A stretch of DNA of 64,000 bases, from positions 1 to 64,000 of the IMG/VR virus record IMGVR_UViG_3300031800_000001; one strand, given 5' to 3'. Below are positions 18,575-27,158 of this stretch, in pieces. The position numbers were made by a program, and so were the translations under genes. Every line of letters begins with the position of its first letter. Within the stretch, counting starts at the first letter, position 1. The notes under the pieces were generated by a model. It saw nothing but the letters and a program-made list of their open reading frames with translations. It made no database searches and was not told the origin of the DNA. The DNA is from a virus.

Positions 18575-18715
18575 ATGAAAGCGAGAAAGGCCAAGCCAAT
18601 AAAAGTCCGCGTAAGCCCCGAAGGGTTTATGGGTAGCGCGTCGCGTGAGCATCGCGTGAAAAGGGGCAAGGGTTCTTTTCGCCGCAACCCGAAACACAGG
18701 GGCAATTGTGAATAA
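18575..18715 (+). CDS. ArfA-like alternative ribosome-rescue peptide (46 aa)
   Basis: HRVKRGKGSFRRNPKH resembles the ArfA KGKGSYxRKxKH motif; own promoter. Confidence 0.6.
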   Translation: MKARKAKPIKVRVSPEGFMGSASREHRVKRGKGSFRRNPKHRGNCE

Positions 18716-18757
18716 GTTTTGCTCGCTATTCCCTCTCAACCTGCTATAATTATCGCC

Positions 18758-19258
18758 ATGAAACTGAACAACGTAGAACTAACTTACCAAGACACCGGAA
18801 CCAACCTTGCCGTTTGCATGATTGGAAACGATGCAGATATTGAACTGCAATTCAATTCATTCTGGAATCACGGCGCAACCAACGGAGAACTAAAGTGGAC
18901 AATGCCGTATCGAGCCTATTTTTGGACTGACGAAAAACGCTTTGTTAAAGCTCTCATCAATGGCGCATTGTTTTACATTCTTGAGAACTATCCCGAAAAG
19001 TTCAAAGGTAAAAAGGGCGGCGCGTTGACTCTTGCCCGTTACCTTGGCAAACGCCGTTTCCGTGAAATGCCACGCCAATCTCAATTAGTTTACACCCACC
19101 AAACTCTTGAGGAGTATTCCCTCGGAACCATCACCGCAGAATTTTCCGATAACTGCAACCTAAATTATCAGAGTGCGGTACGCAATCGCTCTTTTGATAT
19201 AATGAAAAAGACCTTGGACACACTCACGGACAAGGGCGCGGCCAAAAAAGCGTATTGA
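18758..19258 (+). CDS. hypothetical protein
   Basis: ORF 7 nt after TGCTATAAT. Confidence 0.7.
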   Translation: MKLNNVELTYQDTGTNLAVCMIGNDADIELQFNSFWNHGATNGELKWTMPYRAYFWTDEKRFVKALINGALFYILENYPEKFKGKKGGALTLARYLGKRRFREMPRQSQLVYTHQTLEEYSLGTITAEFSDNCNLNYQSAVRNRSFDIMKKTLDTLTDKGAAKKAY

Positions 19259-19289
19259 CATTAACCTAGAATCAGGAGATAATTAGATT

Positions 19290-20048
19290 ATGCAAATGAC
19301 ATTAAAGTTCGGGAATCCAAACGCCAAGCTCAAAGCCTTGGCAAAGCGTTTCAACATGGTGCTGAAAACCTTTTCGCTGCCTAGTGGCTGGACGTGTCCG
19401 GCGGCGAAGGAATGCCATTCACGCGCAGACCGTGAGACGGGAAAAATCGAGGATGGACAGCACACTCAATTCCGTTGCTTTCAAGCCAGCGCGGAAGCTC
19501 TTTATCCTTCCCTGCGGGCAATGGTTTGGCACAATCACGATTTGCTCATGGCAAAAGTTAACGATGGACATTTGGCGTTGGCCGATTTGATTCATGCCAG
19601 CCTCCCAAAGAAATTTGATATTTTGCGCGTCCACGTGGGCGGGGATTATTTCAATTTGAGTTACCTTGCCGCATGGTGTGAAGTGGCCAAGCGCAATCCT
19701 GAAAAGATGTTTTACTCCTACACTAAAAGCACCCACCTATGGGAATTGGCGGAGGCATCCAATGGCATACCGTCAAATCTGATTTTAACCGCATCGCGTG
19801 GTGGTTGGTTCGACAGCAAGATTGAAGAAAACGCATACAAGTGCGCCGAGGTTGTTTTTAGCGAAGAAGAAGCCGCGCAAAAAGGTTTAGAGATTGACCA
19901 CGACGATTCGCTTGCGGCGTTTGGCAAAAAGTCGTTTGCTCTCCTTCTGCATGGTACGCAACCGAAAGGTTCAAAAGCATCTAAAGCCTTGTCCAAGCTG
20001 CGTAAAGCTGGCAAGGGAGGATATAAAAAGGAGGTGGCGATGCTATAG
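19290..20048 (+). CDS. Gp88-like (gene product 88 family) protein
   Basis: N.KL, FSLPSG.TCP.A..C, CF, RVHVGGDYF, YSYTKS. Confidence 0.75.
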   Translation: MQMTLKFGNPNAKLKALAKRFNMVLKTFSLPSGWTCPAAKECHSRADRETGKIEDGQHTQFRCFQASAEALYPSLRAMVWHNHDLLMAKVNDGHLALADLIHASLPKKFDILRVHVGGDYFNLSYLAAWCEVAKRNPEKMFYSYTKSTHLWELAEASNGIPSNLILTASRGGWFDSKIEENAYKCAEVVFSEEEAAQKGLEIDHDDSLAAFGKKSFALLLHGTQPKGSKASKALSKLRKAGKGGYKKEVAML

Positions 20049-20139
20049 AAGAGTTTATAATTGTTGCAATGGTGTGTATGTTCGCCTTAGGCGGAAAAAT
20101 GTTCGAAGAATAAAATTAACCAAAAGAAAGAAAAATAAA

Positions 20140-20508
20140 ATGAAGCTAACAGCAAACAAGCTAAAAAACGGTGCTCTGTATTACAACACCAAATCACAAC
20201 GCGTGGAGCGCATGCTCGGCACGCTAAATACTAATCGTGTTTGGACTACCAGTCATGACGCTAGCCCAGAAGCAAACAAGTGCAACAACTTGCGTTTTGC
20301 AAACGGGCAAGAGGTGGACGGCTATCTTCAGGCTAGCCCGAAATGGAACGCAATGAAATCGGAAGAGGTCGAGAGACGGATTGCCGCCGAAGGTGGTGAA
20401 AAGAAGTGGCTCGAAAATGTTTTCGCAATTGCTGACAGGGAATTGCCGCCGTTGCCAACACCACGGCAGGATTCAATATCAAATCCGTTGGGCGCGGCGC
20501 AGCAATAG
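20140..20508 (+). CDS. hypothetical protein, related to 30313..30567
   Basis: ANKLKNGALYYN vs ANNLREGAIYIN. Confidence 0.65.
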   Translation: MKLTANKLKNGALYYNTKSQRVERMLGTLNTNRVWTTSHDASPEANKCNNLRFANGQEVDGYLQASPKWNAMKSEEVERRIAAEGGEKKWLENVFAIADRELPPLPTPRQDSISNPLGAAQQ

Positions 20509-20639
20509 AAGATCCAAATAGAAACCCCTAGGGCCCGGGAGGGCCTTAGGGGCGGGGGACAAATAAGGCTTGACATCCGCGGGGCGGGGCCCCGGCCTTG
20601 CCGTTTCGGGTTCCCGCTGGCGGAGGTGGATAAGTTTTT

Positions 20640-21400
20640 AATAAGAAAAGGGCGGATTGACGTGGTCAATGCACTTTAATGGACAACCCGACAGTTAAGC
20701 CAAGCCGTAGAATTCTCCAACCCTTTATGCCAACCCGATTTGGGTTAGCAAAAAAACTGAAATTAATGGGTAACAGGACTTCTTGATTACCTGCAACTAC
20801 TTTCGGAGCTAGATCAATGTTCATAGACCCTACAATACTTCGTACTCATCCACATCGCAAAGTCTCTCAACTCGACTCAGGCCCAAGAGATTGGTCGTCT
20901 CCCCCTTCTCGCTTCTGATGCCTTAAGGCTCTTGCAAACCTTTATTCGGCAATACCCGAGGAGCAACCGTCGCTACTCCAAATTGGTAACGGTGTAGGGA
21001 TTCGAACCCCACCAAACCAATATTCACCATCCACTTTCAATGCATCTCCAGCGGCGGCTTTCCTGATAAGGCTGCTTCACCCTGAGAGCTTAATAGCTCA
21101 AAGGTTAGAAGCACCAATTTCACCGTTAAATTTATAGATGTCCACCCGCCATGATGGATAAACCGTAAGTTGTCTTACCAACCCTGTCCCCAGCGGCCTA
21201 TTTGCATAACCGAAAGGGCGATGGAGGCGTTTCTCAGGGGCCATTTTCTGCGAACAGTTGGCCCCGACTCGGCATCTAATCGCTTGAGCCTGTAATCCAG
21301 CACTCAAGCGGTTGTTTCGTTAATCGCGCTGTTTTTCAAGCGCAGTTTTCGGAAACTAAAATTTTCTTTCAAAGAGCGGATTGAGCGTTTCCCAATCACT
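20640..21400 (-). ncRNA. candidate large structured non-coding RNA
   Basis: Consensus promoter 21407-21435, boxB/boxA-like leader, many hairpins, embedded tRNA-like domain, no credible ORF. Confidence 0.65.
20984..21127 (-). ncRNA. tRNA-like element (144 nt) with acceptor stem, T-arm and CCA but no canonical D/anticodon arms
   Basis: 5' AACGGTG pairs with 3' CACCGTT-A-CCA; T-arm TGGGG-TTCGAAT-CCCTA. Confidence 0.7.
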
Positions 21401-21406
21401 TTATCT

Positions 21407-21435
21407 ATTATAGACCCATTCTATGTTTGAGTCAA
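21407..21435 (-). promoter_or_regulatory. consensus sigma70 promoter (TAGAAT class)
   Basis: TTGACT-CAAACA-TAGAAT-GGGTC-TATAAT. Confidence 0.8.
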
Positions 21436-21716
21436 GATTTTTTTCAATTTCTTTTTGATGTAAGAGTAATCCTTGGCGCGGTTTACTATTACAGGAAAAT
21501 CGTCGTTTGCCTCACCCCAATACCAGTATTTTGCTGGTATGATTAGGGAGTAGTATTTGCTCTTGCCATTGTAATTGATATATGGCCCCTCTTTAGCTCT
21601 GTACATAACTGTATTCATCTGTGTCAATTATACGGTAATTCTAATTCACAGGCAAGCCCTTTCTTTGTGAATAAGTTTGTATTGCATGAAAGATAGAATG
21701 ATAGTATTCTTTAAAC

Positions 21717-21905
21717 ATGACAGCGAATGAAAAGCTAACGATTAAAGCCCAACTCTCAGAGTACCTTTTTGACAAGTCAATGCCCAACGGCCTCAAGGGC
21801 TGTAGGGTTTTTGTCATGGAAAACGACAACTTTGAAGGCATCTGGGAATTGAATAAATCTGAACTCTTGTCCGAACTGGCCGAGGCTACTGAAGGCTGTG
21901 AATAA
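21717..21905 (+). CDS. hypothetical protein ending in a DnaA box (TGT GAA TAA)
   Basis: Promoter 21682-21710, ATG 6 nt after -10. Confidence 0.65.
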   Translation: MTANEKLTIKAQLSEYLFDKSMPNGLKGCRVFVMENDNFEGIWELNKSELLSELAEATEGCE

Positions 21906-21955
21906 GTTTTTACGAATTAGCTCGCTATTACCTCTCAACCTGTTATACTATACCC

Positions 21956-22291
21956 ATGATTGAACGAGACATGAAACACAAATTCGAGAACTTGGATTTC
22001 CAAGACATTAGCAAGACCCACGGTGCTGACTCCATACAGGCTTGGGTGAAAATGGAGAACGGCTATGAGGCTTCCATCGTTAAACATGGCGGTTCGTATG
22101 GCAGCGAAAAAGGTCTGTATGAGATGGGCATTTTTGGCCCGAATGGCAGTATGTGCGACCCCCTTGGCTGGGATGATACTGTCTTGGGTTGGCTTACGCC
22201 TCAATTGGTGTCGCGCCATCTGCAGCTTCTCGCGCACAAGCGACGGCCTCCCTCCATGAGTGGGCAGGAAAATCACCCGCAAAGCACTTGA
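21956..22291 (+). CDS. phage hypothetical protein
   Basis: ENGYEASIV...SYG...GLYEM motif; extended -10 upstream. Confidence 0.7.
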   Translation: MIERDMKHKFENLDFQDISKTHGADSIQAWVKMENGYEASIVKHGGSYGSEKGLYEMGIFGPNGSMCDPLGWDDTVLGWLTPQLVSRHLQLLAHKRRPPSMSGQENHPQST

Positions 22292-22322
22292 CTGACAACT
22301 ATAATTATGTAATAATAATAAC

Positions 22323-22649
22323 ATGAAAGCAACTATCGAAATCAACCTAGATAATGACATCTTCCAGCTTGGAGGCGGTCTAGAACTTGCCCGCCTTCTT
22401 CGTAACTTGGCGGATGACGTAGAAAACAACAACGCTTGCAACCTTGGCTCGTATATCGCAGTAATAGATATAAACGGGAATAAGGTCGGAGAGTTTGAGG
22501 TCGTGGGCGAGCCTGACGACGAAACTAAATGGATTGAACCAAGCGAGGATGAAATTATCACTCAAGGCGATAAAAAATTAAAAGAGTATCTAGAACGACA
22601 AGAGTTTTCCAATGACACGGAAAGAAAGGAAACAAAGCAATGGTGGTAA
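22323..22649 (+). CDS. phage hypothetical protein
   Basis: I.LDND.F...ELARLLR.LA...DINGNKVG motif. Confidence 0.7.
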   Translation: MKATIEINLDNDIFQLGGGLELARLLRNLADDVENNNACNLGSYIAVIDINGNKVGEFEVVGEPDDETKWIEPSEDEIITQGDKKLKEYLERQEFSNDTERKETKQWW

Positions 22650-22749
22650 CATTTTTAATCTTACATATAACCGTAACCCTTCTTATCCCTGCTGCGCTGC
22701 TAGTGATGTGCGTGGAGGACATTCTGAACTTTTTAACAGGATACAAAAA

Positions 22750-22950
22750 ATGAGATACGGAATAATACAAAACGACAACCGGCAACAGACTCTTTTCTGG
22801 AGCGAGAAACTCAAGCAATGGATAGAGGTTGAGGGGCAATACTCGGCCATGAGGATTCTGGCAAAAGCGGTGCGCGGGCAAAAGTATACCCATAAGAGCG
22901 AGGAGATTCTTGAAGCAATTGTTGGCGAAATAAATAAGAAATACGCTTGA
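22750..22950 (+). CDS. hypothetical protein
   Basis: ORF ending at repeat module (CTTGAC). Confidence 0.5.
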   Translation: MRYGIIQNDNRQQTLFWSEKLKQWIEVEGQYSAMRILAKAVRGQKYTHKSEEILEAIVGEINKKYA

Positions 22951-23289
22951 CACAGGGGGCTGGGCGGGGTCCCGCCAAGTCAAGCTTTTTTTGTCAATCA
23001 TTTTTCGCGCTTTTTGATCGTCAAACTTTTTTGTCGATCACTCGTGATCGGCTAATTTGTTAGTCAAGCGTGAGTCAAGTTATCTGTCAATCAATTAGGC
23101 CCTTTAATCGCGTTTAATGAGGGTAATTGTTTTGAAGAATAACACTGTTTTTGTGGGGTATAGTGCCTGAAAATTTCTTGTTTACCCCCGCTTTCTCCGA
23201 TGTGAAATTCGTTGATTTTAAGAAATTGTGAACAGTGTGAGTAAGTTAGGTATTGACTTATAGGTATAATGGTGTTATATTATAGGTAG

Positions 23290-23571
23290 ATGAACGCAAT
23301 GGATAAATTCAAAGAGGAAATGGCGTTTTCGCTGTTTGGTCGTAGCCCATCGGTTTGCAAGGCCGGTGGTCAATGTGTGAAGTGCGGAGAGTTCGACCTT
23401 TCGTTTAGCGACGAACTCTCTCGCAAGGAGTTCGGCATCTCCGCTCTGTGCCAAACGTGCCAAGACGGAATCTTTGGCGTGGAGGAAGAACCCGAAGTTG
23501 GCCAAGGTTCTCACGCTATCCCCGGATTTTTCGTCCCACCCGCAGCATTAGACGGATTGGAGGGCGAATGA
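23290..23571 (+). CDS. small zinc-finger protein
   Basis: CVKC...S..EF.ISALCQTCQD; promoter TTGACT-17-TATATT upstream. Confidence 0.7.
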   Translation: MNAMDKFKEEMAFSLFGRSPSVCKAGGQCVKCGEFDLSFSDELSRKEFGISALCQTCQDGIFGVEEEPEVGQGSHAIPGFFVPPAALDGLEGE

Positions 23572-24020
23572 AAGGCTACGTCCAAGTATACCGCAACCTC
23601 AACAAGAAGTTGAGCAGTCAAGTCGGCAATGGAATCGACCCCAAGGTAGTTGGCGACCAACCCGTGTATAGTGTGCGCGGCAATGATGGGTTAGTAAAAA
23701 AACATCTCTGTCATTTTGTTATACATGACTGTACTTTTCGTGTGGGCAAAAAGGGCAATGAACGTGTGTGCTACGAGAAGCGCAAAAATGTTCACGCTTA
23801 TATTCAAGGGAGGGAGTGTTGGAACGAGGAAGAAAAACGGTGGGAGTACATTGGCCCAGATTGCAATTATGTTAATGACCCGAATACAGTCACCATTACC
23901 TACGACCCTTACAAGTACAAGACCTTTGTGCGCGTAGACACAGGCGAGCCAATACATAAAGCCAAGGTTGTCGTATTCGGTTGTGGCAAAATGGGCAGAG
24001 AGGTAAAAGCGATTTTATGA
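23568..24020 (+). CDS. phage hypothetical protein
   Basis: VYRNLN...YSV...RKNVHAY..G...YDPYK..TFV. Confidence 0.7.
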   Translation: MKGYVQVYRNLNKKLSSQVGNGIDPKVVGDQPVYSVRGNDGLVKKHLCHFVIHDCTFRVGKKGNERVCYEKRKNVHAYIQGRECWNEEEKRWEYIGPDCNYVNDPNTVTITYDPYKYKTFVRVDTGEPIHKAKVVVFGCGKMGREVKAIL

Positions 24021-24256
24021 AACACGAACCATCAATAAAAGATTTAATACTATTGAAAAAAATAGATATTATTAATACTAGAGAACAAATTCAAGAGGAT
24101 ATTGACACCTACCTAGGTGATAAAATCGACTATCCCGTGCAAGGGAAGGATATAGAAAATCTTTGTCAAATAGTAGTAGACAACTTTAATAAAAATTTAG
24201 GAGGAGAGTTTGATAGAAGGCGAGAGGCAGAGGAAAAAGGATTGTATGATGATTAA
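24017..24256 (+). CDS. hypothetical protein, paralog of 1718..1948
   Basis: REQIQEDI.TYL...LCQIVVDNF. Confidence 0.65.
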   Translation: MKHEPSIKDLILLKKIDIINTREQIQEDIDTYLGDKIDYPVQGKDIENLCQIVVDNFNKNLGGEFDRRREAEEKGLYDD

Positions 24257-24418
24257 ATAACTCCCAATTTTGTAATAGCTCCAAATAAATAACCCTTGCA
24301 AATAAGGCGAAAATCGGGGACCCGCAAGCGGGGTCCCCGCCGACTTATTCACAGTCAAGCTTTTTTTTCGTGAATAACTTTTCCTTGTAATTTTCAACCA
24401 ATCTGATATACTTTTCAA

Positions 24419-24661
24419 ATGATGAATGACCTACATGACATGATTCGGGTTTCCTGCGAGGAAGCCGTCACCGAGGACATGGGCCCTGCCACTTGGGCAA
24501 ATGAGCCCGAGCAGCCCCAGCCCGAGCCCTCCCACAGGGAGCAGCATGGGCGGTGCGAGGATGCGCCTTGCTGCGGGTGCTGTGGTGACGGCATGGAGGA
24601 TGGCTATGGCTCACCCGCTGATGATGCATGGCATGATGCCAATGAGTACCCAGACTGGTAG
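24419..24661 (+). CDS. acidic Cys-rich hypothetical protein
   Basis: RCEDAPCCGCC motif; ATG 6 nt after TATACT. Confidence 0.65.
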   Translation: MMNDLHDMIRVSCEEAVTEDMGPATWANEPEQPQPEPSHREQHGRCEDAPCCGCCGDGMEDGYGSPADDAWHDANEYPDW

Positions 24662-24790
24662 GCCTGTGGATAACTTTAGCTTGACGCCTCGGCGGGGGCC
24701 CCGAGTTATTCACAATGTCAAGCCCCTTTTGTGAATACTTTGTATAAGTTCACCCTTGACAAACAGGGTTTTTCGTGTTATATTATAACA

Positions 24791-24994
24791 ATGAAAGACG
24801 AACTATTCAAAGTAAAAATCGCCCTATGGCGCAAGGGCTTCAAGGGTTGCCCTTCTACCCAGCGTGAAACCCACATCAAGGCATTTGACTTGGCACACGC
24901 CAAGAGGATTAGTAACCGCCTATTCGGGACGCTAGGGGTAACAGTTGAACCCGTAGAAGGACGATTTGAAAGATTCAAAGAATTTAACAGGTAG
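24791..24994 (+). CDS. hypothetical protein
   Basis: Module promoter upstream; stop TAG lies in dyad repeat. Confidence 0.65.
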   Translation: MKDELFKVKIALWRKGFKGCPSTQRETHIKAFDLAHAKRISNRLFGTLGVTVEPVEGRFERFKEFNR

Positions 24995-25026
24995 GACGGC
25001 AGATGTCCCACCCTCTATGCTATACT
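24990..25026 (+). promoter_or_regulatory. dyad/extended -10 promoter repeat, copy 1
   Basis: GGTAGGAC-N7-GTCCCACC-N5-TGnTATACT. Confidence 0.8.
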
Positions 25027-25032
25027 CTACGC

Positions 25033-25230
25033 ATGAAAGAAATTAAGAATATGAAAAACGAAGCAATAAAAGTAAACGACAGAATCCAATGCAAGTCTCC
25101 GGGAAATCAAGGCGGCGTGATTGTCGGCATTGACACCGTGATGCACCTTGCCCTTGTCCGCTGGGATAACATCTTCACTAGTGAAATTATCGAGGCATGG
25201 GCAGGATTAGACGGTATTGAAAAAGTTTAA
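25033..25230 (+). CDS. hypothetical protein (SH3/KOW-like)
   Basis: IKVNDRIQ...GVIVG...VRWD. Confidence 0.6.
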   Translation: MKEIKNMKNEAIKVNDRIQCKSPGNQGGVIVGIDTVMHLALVRWDNIFTSEIIEAWAGLDGIEKV

Positions 25231-25231
25231 C

Positions 25232-25268
25232 GGTAGGACGGCAGATGTCCCACCCCCTGTGCTATACT
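25232..25268 (+). promoter_or_regulatory. dyad/extended -10 promoter repeat, copy 2
   Basis: Same consensus and spacing as copy 1. Confidence 0.8.
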
Positions 25269-25274
25269 AGACGC

Positions 25275-25454
25275 ATGATTAAAACAGATATGAAAGCAAG
25301 AGAATACACGAACCTACTACTAGAGCGCATTGAAGATGGCTCATATGATAAAGACCAAGTGATTATGGCTTGCGTTAAGTACATGAGTGAAGTTGACGTG
25401 GAGGACATGATGCAATGCAATGGAATGTTATTTGATGAGGACACGGAGAATTAA
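25275..25454 (+). CDS. hypothetical protein, near-identical duplicate of 28660..28818
   Basis: YTNLLLERIEDG.YDKDQVIMACVKYMSE.DV.DMM.CNG.LFDED. Confidence 0.75.
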   Translation: MIKTDMKAREYTNLLLERIEDGSYDKDQVIMACVKYMSEVDVEDMMQCNGMLFDEDTEN

Positions 25455-25464
25455 ATTAAGAATT

Positions 25465-25540
25465 ACACGGGAATGTTCCAAGGTGGCGACAGAGTCTCCA
25501 AAACTCCGTGAGGTAGGTTCGATTCCTGCCCCGTGTGCCA
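25465..25540 (+). tRNA. tRNA-Trp (CCA), atypical D-arm
   Basis: Acceptor ACACGGG/CCCGTGT-G-CCA, anticodon arm GAGT-CTCCAAA-ACTC, T-loop TTCGATT. Confidence 0.8.
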
Positions 25541-25549
25541 TTTAAGATT

Positions 25550-25783
25550 ATGAAAAAGAAAATGAAAACTTACAAGGTAGAGTTTAGGACAGCATTCGCT
25601 GGCTCGCCCTTCGTTCCAATCGTCCTTGAAGCAAAAGACGAAAACCAAGCCCAATGGGTTGCCCGCAACCTTTGCCGCTTTGGATACATTAGTGCCGCCC
25701 CAGTGGTTGTAGATGATGAGCCGTATTATACGGAAGCAACTCACGATTGGGCTTACGATGAAAATTACGAAGTTTATAGCTAG
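25550..25783 (+). CDS. hypothetical protein (YKV.F...A.DE..A family)
   Basis: ORF; similar pattern to 28944 and 24791. Confidence 0.55.
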   Translation: MKKKMKTYKVEFRTAFAGSPFVPIVLEAKDENQAQWVARNLCRFGYISAAPVVVDDEPYYTEATHDWAYDENYEVYS

Positions 25784-25793
25784 AAAGAAAATT

Positions 25794-26054
25794 ATGAAAG
25801 AATACGAAGCAACCTATACAAACGAAAGCCCGCAGGAATATCCCAACGGCAAGGTAACACTCGGCAGCGAGCCTCTTGAGCCATACGGTACGGTGACGTA
25901 TCACATTATGAATTGGCATTCATTTGATGATTTAGGCACGACAATGGAAACAGTCCAAGTGTGGAATCCTAAAACTAAAAGACTGTTTGAAATTTATTCA
26001 ACCGATGAAGGCGAGACTTTTACCTTCACTCAACCGGAACCTTACTTGGCATAA
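25794..26054 (+). CDS. hypothetical protein
   Basis: ORF with AATTATG start context. Confidence 0.55.
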   Translation: MKEYEATYTNESPQEYPNGKVTLGSEPLEPYGTVTYHIMNWHSFDDLGTTMETVQVWNPKTKRLFEIYSTDEGETFTFTQPEPYLA

Positions 26055-26058
26055 GATT

Positions 26059-26277
26059 ATGATAAAGAACGGAAAAAAACAAAACGTAGTGCCGACCAGC
26101 AGAGAGCAAAATCTTGCCTGTGCCAAGTTAGAGATTTCCTACCCTATGGCTTGCTTGTTATTCAAGCGGCTACAGTGGGCCAACAACATGGGAACGGGTG
26201 AGGATGATTATAATGTTCTTGAAGCTCATTTTATTGAGAAGCAGGGAACGCATAATTATATTAAGGAGGGATTTTAA
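26059..26277 (+). CDS. hypothetical protein
   Basis: ORF with GATTATG start context. Confidence 0.5.
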   Translation: MIKNGKKQNVVPTSREQNLACAKLEISYPMACLLFKRLQWANNMGTGEDDYNVLEAHFIEKQGTHNYIKEGF

Positions 26278-26586
26278 TATGAAAGATGATTTCAGAGATA
26301 TTTATTTTGTTCTTATTATTGGCATCGCATCATTTTTTATTATATTAGCGGCGGGTATTTATAGTACGCTGCGATACGGTAGTTTTTAGAATTATGAAAA
26401 CAAAAAAACTCCAAATAAAAAAAAACTCCAAATAAATAGACTATGCAAATATGTAAATGAATATTTTTTGCAAAAAACAGGCAAAAATGGGGCCCCCGAA
26501 GTTATTCACAATGCCAAAGGTTTTTGTGAATACTTTGGATAAGTACACCATTGACAAACCCCTTTTTGTGTGGTATATTTAAGTAG

Positions 26587-26715
26587 TTCGTGAGGGTAGT
26601 GAGGTGAACGGAGCCAAGAGCCCCCTATGATGCGCCAAGCTACCTCTCACGAATGCCACCTCTGCAAACGGTGAGGAAACATAAGAACGCAAGAGACGTT
26701 TGTATTTCAGTGGCA
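26587..26715 (+). ncRNA. candidate structured RNA (two long hairpins) between promoter and tRNA-Thr
   Basis: TTCGTGAG.GTAG/CTAC.TCTCACGAA and TGCCAC..TGCAAACG/CGTTTGTA..GTGGCA; no ORF. Confidence 0.45.
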
Positions 26716-26725
26716 CAATTTATTA

Positions 26726-26801
26726 GCCAGATTAGCTCAGTTGGTAGAGCAGCAGTTTTGTAACCTGCAGGCCACCCGTTCAAGTCGGGTATCTGGCTCC
26801 A
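26726..26801 (+). tRNA. tRNA-Thr (TGT)
   Basis: GCCAGAT/ATCTGGC-T-CCA, TAGCTCAGTTGGTAGAGC, loop TTTGTAA, T-loop TTCAAGT. Confidence 0.9.
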
Positions 26802-26808
26802 GATTTTA

Positions 26809-26845
26809 GGTAGGACTACGGATGTCCCACCCCCTGTGCTATACT
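26809..26845 (+). promoter_or_regulatory. dyad/extended -10 promoter repeat, copy 3
   Basis: Same consensus and spacing as copy 1. Confidence 0.8.
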
Positions 26846-26851
26846 AGACGC

Positions 26852-27154
26852 ATGATTAAAACGAATATGAAAAACAAAAAAGAAACCCATTGCCCGCCTC
26901 TGCTTTCCACGCAGGTGCTTCTCAACAACGAAGTCAAAGTCACTTCCATCGCTAGTCAATTTCACGGTCAAACTGGAATCGTCAACGCTATCATGGCTGA
27001 TGGCCGCACTCTTGAAGTTGACTTCGGCAAAGCCAAGGTTGCTTTCATCGACGTCACCCTAGTGAGTGAGATTCAAGAGCAAACCTATTTCGCCAAGACC
27101 GAGCAAAGTCTTGGCCCTGACGCAAACAGCGTTTTACCTCAGAACAGGCTTTAA
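26852..27154 (+). CDS. KOW/SH3-like hypothetical protein, paralog of 29164..29433
   Basis: LLN.E..VTS....F.G..G.VNAI.ADGR.L.V...EIQEQTYFAK. Confidence 0.7.
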   Translation: MIKTNMKNKKETHCPPLLSTQVLLNNEVKVTSIASQFHGQTGIVNAIMADGRTLEVDFGKAKVAFIDVTLVSEIQEQTYFAKTEQSLGPDANSVLPQNRL

Positions 27155-27158
27155 GATT

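Noticed and set aside
21066-21090. SRP-RNA-like CAGG...AGCAG on the minus strand
   Set aside because: The apical stem of SRP helix 8 is missing; likely chance
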